From a virus (taxonomy: Duplodnaviria; Heunggongvirae; Uroviricota; Caudoviricetes): a stretch of DNA of 64,000 nucleotides. The notes beneath the pieces were generated by a model. The model did not search any database, had not been told where the DNA came from, and saw nothing but the letters and a program-made list of their open reading frames with translations. The stretch covers positions 2,333-66,332 of the IMG/VR virus record IMGVR_UViG_3300036828_000686, one strand, 5' to 3'. A program made the translations under genes and the position numbers. Shown here piece by piece: positions 43,481 to 52,493 of the stretch. Position 1 is the stretch's first letter. The number at the start of each line of letters is the position of its first letter.

Positions 43481-43957
43481 ATGAGCCCAGGACGCCGCAA
43501 GGCAGACGACCCGGCCCTGCGCAGTGAGGTTGAGGGGCTGCGCCGCCGTGGCGAAACCCTCAACCGCGCTGAGATCGGCCGCCGCCACGGCGTGGGGGCA
43601 GGCACCGTCCAGCTGGTGCGCTCGGAGATCGACCAGATGCTCGCGGCCGAGGCAGGGAAAACGCCCCTGGCCCCGGTGAAGGACATCACCACCCGGACCG
43701 GCGGCCGTACTGTCATGGAGTTCGATGGCAGGCGGCTGCTGAAGGAGCGGCGGCGCAGGACCCTCATCCAGGAGGAGCTGGCCGAGCTGGCCGGCATCAG
43801 CCGCGGCGAGATCGGGCATCTGGAACGCTGCCGGCGCAAGCCGACCCTGCGCACCCTCCGCCGTCTCGCCAAGGCCCTGCACATCCGTCCCTCCGATCTC
43901 CTGGTACCAGAAGATAAGGAAGGCCGTGACCACGAGGCAGGAGTCAAGTCAGCGTGA
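43481..43957 (+). CDS. XRE-family HTH regulator with additional N-terminal HTH (paralog of 38906 N-domain)
   Basis: C-term LIQEELAELAGISRGEIGHLERCRRKPTLRTLRRLAKAL; N-term LRSEVEGLRRRGETLNRAEIGRRHGVGAGTVQLVRSE. Confidence 0.55.
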   Translation: MSPGRRKADDPALRSEVEGLRRRGETLNRAEIGRRHGVGAGTVQLVRSEIDQMLAAEAGKTPLAPVKDITTRTGGRTVMEFDGRRLLKERRRRTLIQEELAELAGISRGEIGHLERCRRKPTLRTLRRLAKALHIRPSDLLVPEDKEGRDHEAGVKSA

Positions 43958-43961
43958 CCCG

Positions 43962-44360
43962 ATGGCAGATACCATCCCGCCTGCTGACTCCGTACCATTC
44001 ACCCTCCGGATACCCCCGGAACTGAAGGAACAGCTCGAACAAGTCAAGGACCGGACGGGCCGCTCGCTGAACACCCTGATCGTTGAGGCGTGCACCCACT
44101 CGATGACATTGCCCGGCGGGGCGGCCCTGATCGACCGGGAACGCCGCAAGCTCATCCCCCAGGGTGACCGCGGCGAGCAAGCCTGGGCCGCCATCGCCTA
44201 CCTCCTGTCCTACCTGGGTGCTGCAGACGACGCACGCCGGGCCTGGCCCTGGACCCAGGACTTCCCCGGCGAAGGCGGCCTGGAGGACCTTGTCCACGGC
44301 GGCGGCCTGGTTGCCGCCGAGATCGACCACTTTCAGGAGGGCCGCAATGACAGAACCTGA
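43962..44360 (+). CDS. ribbon-helix-helix (Arc/CopG-like) DNA-binding protein
   Basis: FTLRIPPELKEQLEQVKDRTGRSLNTLIVEA. Confidence 0.45.
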   Translation: MADTIPPADSVPFTLRIPPELKEQLEQVKDRTGRSLNTLIVEACTHSMTLPGGAALIDRERRKLIPQGDRGEQAWAAIAYLLSYLGAADDARRAWPWTQDFPGEGGLEDLVHGGGLVAAEIDHFQEGRNDRT

Positions 44361-44643
44361 CTGGGATGCGGAGCTGATGAAGGCGTACGGCAAGACCGCC
44401 GAACAGCTGGCCGCGGAAGCAGAAGCTGGCTACGGCCCGGACAGGATGGCGCCTGGCCGCCGCACCACGGCGCCGTTCGGCAGGGTCTCCCGGTTCGAGG
44501 TGATCGACCACCGGATGGAAACCATCGCCGCCGAGCAGCCAGTGCGGGCCATCGTCGCCACCGGGGCCAAGGTGACACTGTCCTTCCAGGACCACGGCAG
44601 GACCCTCAAGGTCTTCCTGTCCGACCATGAAGAGGAGACGTAA
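44347..44643 (+). CDS. hypothetical protein
   Basis: ORF. Confidence 0.45.
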   Translation: MTEPDWDAELMKAYGKTAEQLAAEAEAGYGPDRMAPGRRTTAPFGRVSRFEVIDHRMETIAAEQPVRAIVATGAKVTLSFQDHGRTLKVFLSDHEEET

Positions 44644-44870
44644 TGTTCGCCCAGCTGACAAACGGCCAGACCTTCCTGGTGGTGGTCATCGCGATCCTCG
44701 CGGCAGCCGGCACCATCTGCTCCGTGGTGGCCTCCATCTGGGGCTCGCCACTGGAGCACTCCAGCGAGAGCAGCAAGGAGCCGCTGCCCTATAGCCCGCT
44801 CGGGCGCGATCCGCGTTCCGTGCAGATCACCGGGGACGACGCGCGCCTGCTGGGCGGCAAGGAGGAGTGA
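44643..44870 (+). CDS. small membrane protein
   Basis: TAATG overlap; FLVVVIAILAAAGTICSVVASIW. Confidence 0.45.
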   Translation: MFAQLTNGQTFLVVVIAILAAAGTICSVVASIWGSPLEHSSESSKEPLPYSPLGRDPRSVQITGDDARLLGGKEE

Positions 44871-44992
44871 TGGGCTACATAGGTGAGGACGAGACGCTGA
44901 CCGAGATCACCCTGATCCCGGAGGAGGAGCTGGAAGGCACCCCCCAGGAGATCCCGCAGGAGCAGCCGGTCCCGGAAGAGGTGCCGGTGTGA
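44870..44992 (+). CDS. 40-aa acidic peptide
   Basis: TGATG overlap. Confidence 0.3.
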   Translation: MGYIGEDETLTEITLIPEEELEGTPQEIPQEQPVPEEVPV

Positions 44993-45237
44993 GGGAGTGC
45001 ATGCACTGCGCCCAGCCGATCCGGCCCTGCGACGAGCCGGGCTGCATGGTCCGGTGCCTGCACGACCACCCCATCCTGGCGGACGGTGAGTTCCCGGTCC
45101 TGCAGCAGGTGAACAGCCCGAAGCTGGCCTGCAAAGGCTGGGTCCACGCGGGCCAGCGTGACGGCTGGCACCTGTGCGACCCGTTCACCAGCCATGTCAT
45201 CCTGGCCGCACCAGTACTGCAGGTCGTGGCGGCATGA
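44989..45237 (+). CDS. Cys-rich small protein
   Basis: CMHCAQPIRPCDEPGCMVRC. Confidence 0.4.
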   Translation: MRECMHCAQPIRPCDEPGCMVRCLHDHPILADGEFPVLQQVNSPKLACKGWVHAGQRDGWHLCDPFTSHVILAAPVLQVVAA

Positions 45238-46385
45238 ACGGGTTCAGCGAGCGGGACCTGCCTGCTGCGATCGGCCACGTTCTCGGCCTGCGCTGGTTCC
45301 AGCTGGACACCCGGCTGAAGGAGGTCCCCATCCCCAACCCGGACTTCATGGACATCACCAGGGCGATCTTCAGCACGCCGTACATGACGCATGAGAGCGT
45401 CCACGTGCCGGTCCTGCGCGGCGCCCGGGACATCTGGGAGCCCGGCGTCAACCGCGCCCGGTGCCTGTCTTACGTCCGCCGCACAAGCTTCGTGAGAGAC
45501 AAGCCGCACACAATCGGCGGCAAGGAATGCCTGTGCGGGGCCCTGGAAGCCGAACCCCCGCCGCGGCACGAGACGCCGGTCCGGGAGTGCCTGTGCGGCT
45601 TCTGGGCGTACTGGCGGCTCGGGGCCCAGCAGGCCAGTGCCCCGCACATCGCCGCCCTGGTCAAGGGCTACGGCAAGGTCATCCAGGGCTCTGAGGGTTT
45701 CCGCTGCCAGACCGCGGAGATCGTGGCCCTGGTCCCCCTGGTCTACGAGCAGGCCGAGGCCCTGGCCCTGGAGCAGACCTACCGGGTGCCCGTCTACAGC
45801 TCTATCGGGGCCCTGCTGGAGATGCACAAGGCGCCGCCGACCCAGCAGCCCCTGGGCGACGACTTCTTCCGCAGCTACACGCCGCCCCGGCAGGAGCGCT
45901 ACGGCGGCAAGCGCAACCACGAGAGCTACACCGGCTACGCCCGGCGCATCGGCTTCCTGCCCGCCCCCAGCCTGCCGTGCACCACGTGCGGGGTCACCGG
46001 CGCAGTCCGCACAGGCCAGAGCCTGTGCGATCCCTGTCTCGGGACCACCCTCCTGCAAGCAGGGCGCGACGCCGCGGAACGCATGCGCGGGATCACCGCC
46101 CAGGCCGAGCTGCACGCCCGCCGCGAAAGCTGGGTGAAGGACGCACCGTCCGTCTACGGCTGGCTTAACGAAAGCAGCCTCATTCCTGCCATGCCGCCGT
46201 CCAGCTTCGGCTTCGGCTTCGGCTTCGGCTTCGAGGGCAGCAGTACCCCCTTCGTGCCACGGCCCAGCAAGGTCATGCCAGGACAGCAGGCAGACACGAG
46301 CGCCATCAGGTACGCCCTGGACTACATGAAGAACAAATTCGGGGACGGCTCCTGGTGGCGCAGCCTGCAGAAGCCGGGTAAGTGA
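45234..46385 (+). CDS. hypothetical protein with Cys clusters and FGFGFGFGFE repeat
   Basis: ORF. Confidence 0.5.
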   Translation: MNGFSERDLPAAIGHVLGLRWFQLDTRLKEVPIPNPDFMDITRAIFSTPYMTHESVHVPVLRGARDIWEPGVNRARCLSYVRRTSFVRDKPHTIGGKECLCGALEAEPPPRHETPVRECLCGFWAYWRLGAQQASAPHIAALVKGYGKVIQGSEGFRCQTAEIVALVPLVYEQAEALALEQTYRVPVYSSIGALLEMHKAPPTQQPLGDDFFRSYTPPRQERYGGKRNHESYTGYARRIGFLPAPSLPCTTCGVTGAVRTGQSLCDPCLGTTLLQAGRDAAERMRGITAQAELHARRESWVKDAPSVYGWLNESSLIPAMPPSSFGFGFGFGFEGSSTPFVPRPSKVMPGQQADTSAIRYALDYMKNKFGDGSWWRSLQKPGK

Positions 46386-46837
46386 TGGACACCAGCAGGG
46401 TGCGCCAGGCCGCAGGGCTGGCCATCATGAAGATCAGCGACCATGAGCGTGAGCAGGTGATCGAGCGGCTCAAGGCCGCCTACACCGCCAATCAGCTCAC
46501 CAGGGACGAGTTCGACCGGCGCAGCGGCATCGCCCTGAGGGCCCGCACGGAGCTGCCGCTGCGCCGGCTGACCTGGGACCTGCGTGACCTGCCGCCACCA
46601 CCTGCACGCGACCTCACGGCCACAGGCACGCACACGGCGGCCGAGCTGATGCGGGCCCAGGAGAAGGGCATCAACCGGGGCATGGTGGCCGGCGTGTCAT
46701 GGGTCATGGCGGTGGCATCCTGGTCCGCCACGATGCTGGCCGCGGCCATGAACAGCTCGGCGTGGTTCCTGCTGCTGTTCCTGCCAGCGATCGGGTTCCT
46801 GTTCCTGGCTACCCGCTTCGCGCACCCCAAAAAGTGA
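46382..46837 (+). CDS. DUF1707-domain protein with C-terminal TM
   Basis: ISDHEREQVIERLKAAYTANQLTRDEFDRRSGIALRARTELPLRRLTWDL. Confidence 0.55.
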   Translation: MMDTSRVRQAAGLAIMKISDHEREQVIERLKAAYTANQLTRDEFDRRSGIALRARTELPLRRLTWDLRDLPPPPARDLTATGTHTAAELMRAQEKGINRGMVAGVSWVMAVASWSATMLAAAMNSSAWFLLLFLPAIGFLFLATRFAHPKK

Positions 46838-47454
46838 TCCCGCACCGCTGGGACGGGGTCCAGTGGACCTGCCTGCAATGCGGGGAGGTGCGGCCCGACC
46901 CGTGCACCTGCCCCTGCCACGTCTACACGATCCTGGTGACCGGCTCCCGGAACTGGCCCGATCCGCGGAAGGTCTTCACTGAGCTGGCCGCGTTCAGGGG
47001 CGCAGCCGCGAAGATCATCGTCCGCTACGGCGCGGCCTACCGTGGTGCTGACCGTTACGCCGCCGCCTCGGCCCTGTCGCTCGGGTTCGCCCGCGACCCC
47101 CGGCCGGCCAACTGGAAGGTGCACGGCCAGGCCCGTGCCGGGTTCATCCGCAACGCCGAGATGGTGAAGCTGGGCGCCGACGTGTGCCTGGCCTTCATCG
47201 CGCCCTGCATCAAGACCCAGCACAAGGGCAAGGCCCCTCACGGTTCCCACGGGAGCGTGCAGTGCGCTGGCCTGGCTGAGCAGGCCGGCATACCAGTAAG
47301 GAGATTCCTTGATGGCTGGAGCCCCCCGCCGGACCAGGCTCCCCCACGGCAGGAGCCGCTATTGCAGCTACCGCTGCCGCTGCCGGATCTGCACGGCCGC
47401 GAACACGGCCTACAGCCGGGAGTACCGGCGCGTCCGGAAACTCCTCACGGGTGA
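46837..47454 (+). CDS. SLOG/DUF2493-like Rossmann protein (3' end uncertain)
   Basis: ILVTGSRNWPD...IVRYGAAYRGADRYAAASALSLG; GC3 drops after about 47300 where another frame becomes coding. Confidence 0.4.
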   Translation: MPHRWDGVQWTCLQCGEVRPDPCTCPCHVYTILVTGSRNWPDPRKVFTELAAFRGAAAKIIVRYGAAYRGADRYAAASALSLGFARDPRPANWKVHGQARAGFIRNAEMVKLGADVCLAFIAPCIKTQHKGKAPHGSHGSVQCAGLAEQAGIPVRRFLDGWSPPPDQAPPRQEPLLQLPLPLPDLHGREHGLQPGVPARPETPHG

Positions 47455-47470
47455 GCCCCTGAACGTTTAA
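47312..47470 (+). CDS. 52-aa Zn-ribbon-like basic protein
   Basis: AAGGAG SD 7 nt upstream; CSYRCRCRICTAANTAYSREYRRVRK; GC3 about 88%. Confidence 0.4.
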   Translation: MAGAPRRTRLPHGRSRYCSYRCRCRICTAANTAYSREYRRVRKLLTGEPLNV

Positions 47471-47498
47471 GGGCCGTCTGCGGGGTATCCTGGCTACC

Positions 47499-47699
47499 GT
47501 GTGGTACTGGGTGCGTAATCTTGACGAAGCCAAGTTCGAGCTGTGGCAGATCCGGCTCGACGACGGCCGCTTCAGTGACGTCCTGGTTGGCCGGATTAGG
47601 GTGGAGATCCTGGCCGGGCTCAGCCGCGAGGCCGCGCAGTCGGTGGCCCTGAAGGCGTTCGGGGTGCCGCTACCGGAGGACTTCGTCCCGTCCGAGTAG
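47499..47699 (+). CDS. hypothetical small protein
   Basis: ORF. Confidence 0.4.
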   Translation: MWYWVRNLDEAKFELWQIRLDDGRFSDVLVGRIRVEILAGLSREAAQSVALKAFGVPLPEDFVPSE

Positions 47700-47813
47700 C
47701 CCTTGGTGCCCCCGGTCCCGCGCCACATCAGCGTGGGCGCTCCTGGAACGGGTTCCGGGGGGCTGAAGCCATATTACCCGCGGGTAGGCATTTAGGCCAG
47801 AGGAGATGAACGC

Positions 47814-48164
47814 ATGACCAGGATCGCCCCAGACGCCCGCGAGGTCATCGCGATTGCCCGGTTCAGGGGCGGCCCCGGCCGGGAAGCCGAAGCCGCCATG
47901 GCGTGGTCATTCGAGCTGAAGTACTACTTCCACCGCGGCATCAACCCCGACCAGCCCCCGCAGGTCACCTACCAGGACGGCGTCTACACCTGCACCGGGA
48001 CCATGGTGACCACCCACCCAGGGGACCGGGCCATCACGATTTTCGACGAGGACGCCGACCCGTGGGACCTGGACTTCGCGGTCGGGACCAGCAGGAAAGC
48101 GGACCTGCGCCGCCTCTACCACGACAGCCCGCTCCCCCGCTGGGACGGCGGCTACCCGGGTTAA
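47814..48164 (+). CDS. hypothetical protein
   Basis: ATG after GAGGAGATGAACGC. Confidence 0.45.
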   Translation: MTRIAPDAREVIAIARFRGGPGREAEAAMAWSFELKYYFHRGINPDQPPQVTYQDGVYTCTGTMVTTHPGDRAITIFDEDADPWDLDFAVGTSRKADLRRLYHDSPLPRWDGGYPG

Positions 48165-48173
48165 GCTGGCCCG

Positions 48174-49037
48174 CTAGAACGTGCCGTTCGCGATGGACTG
48201 CCACGTGGCCTCAGTGGCCGCGTCGGTGAACTGGTAGTTGGTCGCGGTGGTGCCGTCGTTGACCCACCAGTACTGCCACATGGCCACACCGGGCAGTCCC
48301 TCCAGGTAAGCGGCATCAAGCTGGATGCGGGCATTGCGGACCGCGTTCCCGCCCGAGGCGCCGACACCATACTCGGTAACAGCCAGCGGCTTGCCCTTAC
48401 CCTGGACCAGGGCCAGCCAGTTAAGCCACTCGTCGTAATTCGCCAGGCCCTGGCTGGGCCACCGGGCCGCGTTGTCCTGGTAGACATCCTTGGCGTAATA
48501 GTCGGTGAGCGACGCGGGCACGATATAGTTCCCGGCCAGCACGTCAGCCGTCCCCGCGTTCCGGTACGGGTAGCCCGCGGCACAGTAGACAACCTTGACC
48601 AGCGGGTTGGCCTGGGCCCGGATCAGCCCCGACTGGGACGTGAACTCCGACACGAACGTCGAGCCCAGGGCGTAGTCGCCCTCCGGTTCCTGGTGGTAGA
48701 CCAGCCAGATGGGATGAGTGACGGACCGCACGTACGCGGCGACGTTCGTGTCCATCGTCTTGTAACACACCACCGGCAGGACGCCCGCCGGGTAGGTGGA
48801 CTCCACCGACCCCGCGAACGTGGCCGGCAGCGTCGTCGAATAGAACAGCTTGGTGCACTTCAGCGGCCCGATCGCCGCATCCGCCGCGGTGAAGTTCGAC
48901 AGGGCGTTCGACGGGCCGCCGCGGGCACCGATGAGCATCGCCTGGTTCACCGTGAACGACGCGCTACGGCTGGCAGACAGCCCCGTCGCAACATCAGTCA
49001 GCCTGGCCGTGCCGGTGCTCACGCGGTGGCCGTCCAC
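48174..49037 (-). CDS. glycoside hydrolase (GH26/GH5-like), putative tail-associated depolymerase
   Basis: LAVTEYGV catalytic-Glu context; WQYWW; last gene of tail operon. Confidence 0.5.
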   Translation of the reverse strand: MDGHRVSTGTARLTDVATGLSASRSASFTVNQAMLIGARGGPSNALSNFTAADAAIGPLKCTKLFYSTTLPATFAGSVESTYPAGVLPVVCYKTMDTNVAAYVRSVTHPIWLVYHQEPEGDYALGSTFVSEFTSQSGLIRAQANPLVKVVYCAAGYPYRNAGTADVLAGNYIVPASLTDYYAKDVYQDNAARWPSQGLANYDEWLNWLALVQGKGKPLAVTEYGVGASGGNAVRNARIQLDAAYLEGLPGVAMWQYWWVNDGTTATNYQFTDAATEATWQSIANGTF

Positions 49038-49354
49038 ACAGCAGTGACGAGACCCGCCGGGGTCTGGGCCAGCGACTTCTGGGCGTAAAGGCGGCCCTGG
49101 TCGTCAGTGAACGCGGCGGTGGTGACATCCTCCACAGCCGACGTCACCGCATAGTTGCCGGCCAGGCTGCCCGACAGGCCCGAGCTGGTGTCAGTGAACG
49201 TGGCAGTGCCGGTGCCGGTATGGGTAGTGATCGACGACCCCGCGATCCCGGTGACAGTAACGGTCATCAGGTCACCCGGGTTATAGGCGCTCTTGTCGTA
49301 GACCACTGAGGTGACGGACGGTGCAGGCATGTGACCCTCCAGGGTTACCTGCAA
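49019..49354 (-). CDS. Thr/Ser-rich beta-rich protein (possible N-terminal module of the hydrolase)
   Basis: overlaps downstream gene by 19 nt. Confidence 0.4.
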   Translation of the reverse strand: MQVTLEGHMPAPSVTSVVYDKSAYNPGDLMTVTVTGIAGSSITTHTGTGTATFTDTSSGLSGSLAGNYAVTSAVEDVTTAAFTDDQGRLYAQKSLAQTPAGLVTAVWTATA

Positions 49355-49464
49355 GAAGGGTACGCCTGCCCTACGTCAGGGCCAGGACAATCTCTACGCC
49401 ACAGAAGATGACCAGCGCCCAGACGACACACATCGCGGCGTCGTCCAGCAGCTGGCGGTGCCAC

Positions 49465-50076
49465 TTACGGCTTGATCCACACACCGCACACCGGCTCGGC
49501 GGGGTATTCCTGGTAGTGCATGTGCCAGCCCTGGTCCTTTGCCGGGTCATGCTTCCAGTTCACCGCTATGAGCACTGACCCCGCGCCCATCGCCTTCATG
49601 ACCAGCGACTCCAGCTCGTCCTGAAGATGAGACGGCCGGTTGACCAGGACGATGTCATACAGGTCAACGCTGCCACTGTAGGTACCGGGCTCAGGGTCGG
49701 CAGCAAGGAAATCGAAGGCGTCGGCCACGACGGCGTTCACCCCATGGGCCTGCGCCTCCCCGATAAAGCGGGGCACGATGTCAATCCCGCGCACCTCCAG
49801 GCCGAACATCGCGGCAGCCAGGCGGCACTTGGTTCCGGGCCCGCAGCCGACGTCGAGGAAGCGGATCGCGCCGGGAGACGAGTCCAGCGCGAACTGCCTG
49901 GGCCGGGAGAAGGCCATCATGGCCTCGGTGAGCAAGGTGACGAACTGCGCGATCGGGTACGGCATAAATGGAACAGCGTCCTCGCGGGGGTATTGCACAC
50001 CCATCGCGTTCCACATCGTTTCCCGGGCATCCAGTTCCCGCAGGAATGCTGGCCACGTTGGCTCGGCCTTAGTCAT
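49465..50076 (-). CDS. SAM-dependent methyltransferase
   Basis: motif I FLDVGCGPG. Confidence 0.6.
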   Translation of the reverse strand: MTKAEPTWPAFLRELDARETMWNAMGVQYPREDAVPFMPYPIAQFVTLLTEAMMAFSRPRQFALDSSPGAIRFLDVGCGPGTKCRLAAAMFGLEVRGIDIVPRFIGEAQAHGVNAVVADAFDFLAADPEPGTYSGSVDLYDIVLVNRPSHLQDELESLVMKAMGAGSVLIAVNWKHDPAKDQGWHMHYQEYPAEPVCGVWIKP

Positions 50077-50461
50077 ATTTCTTTCCCCATCTCGTCTCCG
50101 CGGCACGCAGGCCATGCTTGCGGGCGCGCTCCCGGTTCTCTGGCGTCCAGTACCACATCGTGCGGGCGATGCGCTCGGCCTGCTTCTCTGGCGCGTAACG
50201 CGCATCATGATCGTAAAGAAGATGGCAGGACCGGCAGAGCGGGACGTAGTCCGCCCACGGATCATAGCCATCGGCACCGTGGATCATTGCCCAGTCCCGG
50301 GCCGGGACAGGATGACCGGCCTCGGCACACTTCACGCAGTCGTATTCCGCAACCTTGCCGCGCGCACGGTCTACGCGACGGTGCAGCCCCCGTTTGGCAA
50401 CCTCGGCCTTCCGGGTCGCCTGGTGCCGTCCGCAGCTACATCCAGGCTGGCACGCTCCCAT
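50069..50461 (-). CDS. HNH endonuclease
   Basis: CVKCAEAGH...HGADGYDPWADYVPLCRSCH. Confidence 0.65.
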   Translation of the reverse strand: MGACQPGCSCGRHQATRKAEVAKRGLHRRVDRARGKVAEYDCVKCAEAGHPVPARDWAMIHGADGYDPWADYVPLCRSCHLLYDHDARYAPEKQAERIARTMWYWTPENRERARKHGLRAAETRWGKKYD

Positions 50462-50495
50462 GAGGGGCGACTCTACGCTACTGGCCGGTACAAGA

Positions 50496-50543
50496 GAAGG
50501 CGCCCCGGCCAGGAGGTAACCAGCCCGGCCAGGGCGCCTTGCT
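50496..50543 (-). terminator. GC-rich hairpin AAGGCGCCC...GGGCGCCTT after NlpC/P60 gene
   Basis: read directly. Confidence 0.35.
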
Positions 50544-50567
50544 CCTCTGCGGTGGAGCTAGATCAGC

Positions 50568-51041
50568 CTAGCGGATACGCCAGACAGTCGGGCTCCCCCA
50601 CAGGGAGTGCCAGCCCACCCGGGTCCCGGACTGCTGGGCCCCGAACGAGCCGTGCTCCGTCACCAGCTCGACGTGGGACGACCCCCAGAATAGGAGATCT
50701 CCCTGCCGCCGGTCCCGCCAGGACACCTGGTAGATCCGGCCCGAGGCCAGCATCTCCTCCGTGGTCCGCGGCAGGCTGTAGCCCTCATGGGCGAAGGCTG
50801 ACATCACCAGCCCGCTGCAGTCGTAGCCCTGCGAGCAGGACGTGCCGCCGTAGGAATACCAGCAGCCCGCCTTGCCCTCAGCCCACTTCAGGGCCTGCCA
50901 GGCCGTAGACCGGGCACTGGCACCCGCCTTCGGTGCCGGGCCTGTCAGGGCCAGGATGCCCAGGGCGAGTACTGCCATGGCGAGCACGATCATGGCGCGC
51001 ATGCGCCACGACCGGGCCAGCCGCACAGGTGCGGTACTCAC
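50568..51041 (-). CDS. NlpC/P60 (C40) cell-wall peptidase with signal/TM N-terminus
   Basis: CWYSYGGTSCSQGYDCSGLVMSAF ... H. Confidence 0.65.
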   Translation of the reverse strand: MSTAPVRLARSWRMRAMIVLAMAVLALGILALTGPAPKAGASARSTAWQALKWAEGKAGCWYSYGGTSCSQGYDCSGLVMSAFAHEGYSLPRTTEEMLASGRIYQVSWRDRRQGDLLFWGSSHVELVTEHGSFGAQQSGTRVGWHSLWGSPTVWRIR

Positions 51042-51046
51042 GGCGG

Positions 51047-51715
51047 TCAGCAGCCGTCGTATGCGCTCCAGGCGGACGTGCCGCCCTGCGCATACTCCGC
51101 CGCGAACGCCTGGTTCTGGACGCTCACCGGGGCATTTTCAGGCAGCCCCGAGAAGCCCAGGGACTGCCACGTGCTGGGCAGGAAGCCGTACAGGCCACCC
51201 GCGCCGGACGAGGCGTTCACCGCGGACGGGTTGCCGCCGGACTCGCGCTGGATCACGCAGGACTGGAATCCTCCGCTGCCGCTGTAGGACGCCTGCTGGA
51301 CAGGAGCCGCGGCCGGCGCGGCGGGTGCGGCGGCCTGCGCCGCACCACCGTTCAGGTCCGAGCACGGCATGTCGTAGCCGTCACCGTCGCCGTCGCCGCA
51401 CGCGTACGTCCTCGCGGGCGCGGCCGTGACAGGCGCGGGAACGGCGGCTGGCTGGGCCAGCTTCAGCAGGTTCCTCGGGTCCGTGCAGACCACCTTGAGG
51501 CGCATGCCCGGGATGATCGTGTTCGGGTTGGGCCCGACGATCGCGGCACTGTGCTTGTAGATCCCGGTCCAGTCGTTCGCCTTGCCGCACTGGGCGACGG
51601 CGATCGAGGACAGGGTGTCACCTGATTGAACGGTGACGTGCTGGGCAGGGGCATGGTGCTGGGCATGCAGTGCGAGTGGTGCGAGGACTGCGGCTTTCAC
51701 AAGCACGCTGAGCAT
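51047..51715 (-). CDS. secreted LysM + Rpf-like transglycosylase
   Basis: LysM VTVQSGDTLSSIA; Rpf-like domain CVIQRESGGNPSAVNASSGAGGLYGFLPSTW. Confidence 0.6.
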   Translation of the reverse strand: MLSVLVKAAVLAPLALHAQHHAPAQHVTVQSGDTLSSIAVAQCGKANDWTGIYKHSAAIVGPNPNTIIPGMRLKVVCTDPRNLLKLAQPAAVPAPVTAAPARTYACGDGDGDGYDMPCSDLNGGAAQAAAPAAPAAAPVQQASYSGSGGFQSCVIQRESGGNPSAVNASSGAGGLYGFLPSTWQSLGFSGLPENAPVSVQNQAFAAEYAQGGTSAWSAYDGC

Positions 51716-51847
51716 TGGGGTGTCTTCCGGTTGGGGATATGAAGACGCCGCAGCAGGGTCAGGGCGGCGGCGTTGAGGCGGGACGCTAGCACGATCCCCG
51801 GGAAGCGCAATAGCTTCATCACGGAAAAGTCACGGTGTCATCCGCCA

Positions 51848-51892
51848 CCGAAAACACCCTCCCCGTACCGGCCGCAGATACGGGGAGGGTGG
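51848..51892 (-). terminator. rho-independent terminator (CACCCTCCCCGTA...TACGGGGAGGGTG then TTTTCGG)
   Basis: read directly. Confidence 0.5.
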
Positions 51893-51917
51893 CCCTGGCG
51901 CTGTTACCAGCGGGTAT

Positions 51918-52190
51918 TTACTTCGCCGGCGGCACCACCACGGGGGCCGGCGTGACACTACCGGGGGCTGTTTTCGCGACGGGAATTACCTGCGCGCGGA
52001 CCAGCAGCCCGTAGGCCGCCACCACCGCCGCCGCCACGATCTGCCACGTGAACACCCCCGTGTGGGTGATGAACGCGCGGTCAATAACGGTCCAGCCGGC
52101 CCAGATGACCGCCGCGGCGCTCTGCGTGGCGGCAGGCTCGCGCCGGTACAGCGCGATCAGCTTGCCGATCAGTCCCGTGAGCGCTGTCAT
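51918..52190 (-). CDS. small 2-TM membrane protein (holin candidate)
   Basis: two hydrophobic helices; adjacent to peptidoglycan hydrolases. Confidence 0.35.
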   Translation of the reverse strand: MTALTGLIGKLIALYRREPAATQSAAAVIWAGWTVIDRAFITHTGVFTWQIVAAAVVAAYGLLVRAQVIPVAKTAPGSVTPAPVVVPPAK

Positions 52191-52199
52191 GCCAGCCTC

Positions 52200-52481
52200 C
52201 TAGTTGAGTCCTGATCCCCACGCGAGCAGGTACCCCGCGTCATTGGTGAGCCCGGAAGGCATGGTGACCACGGTCCCGGTGAACGTGCCGGCGATCTCCA
52301 CGAACGACGTGACCGAGATGATCACCGCCCGGTTGATGACCTGGAGCAGGTTCATCCCGGTGGACCCCAGTTCAAGGGTGTCCCCGGTGTTGACGTTGCG
52401 CAGCCCGACCAGGACTATCCGGTCCGCCGTGCCGGCCTGGAAAACGGGTACCGCTCCCACGCCCGGGTTGATCAGTGCCAT
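52200..52481 (-). CDS. hypothetical structural protein
   Basis: ORF. Confidence 0.4.
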   Translation of the reverse strand: MALINPGVGAVPVFQAGTADRIVLVGLRNVNTGDTLELGSTGMNLLQVINRAVIISVTSFVEIAGTFTGTVVTMPSGLTNDAGYLLAWGSGLN

Positions 52482-52493
52482 GATCGCTCCTCT

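Noticed and set aside
44907-46115. 402-aa minus-strand ORF antisense to the 45234-46385 gene
   Set aside because: Shadow ORF.
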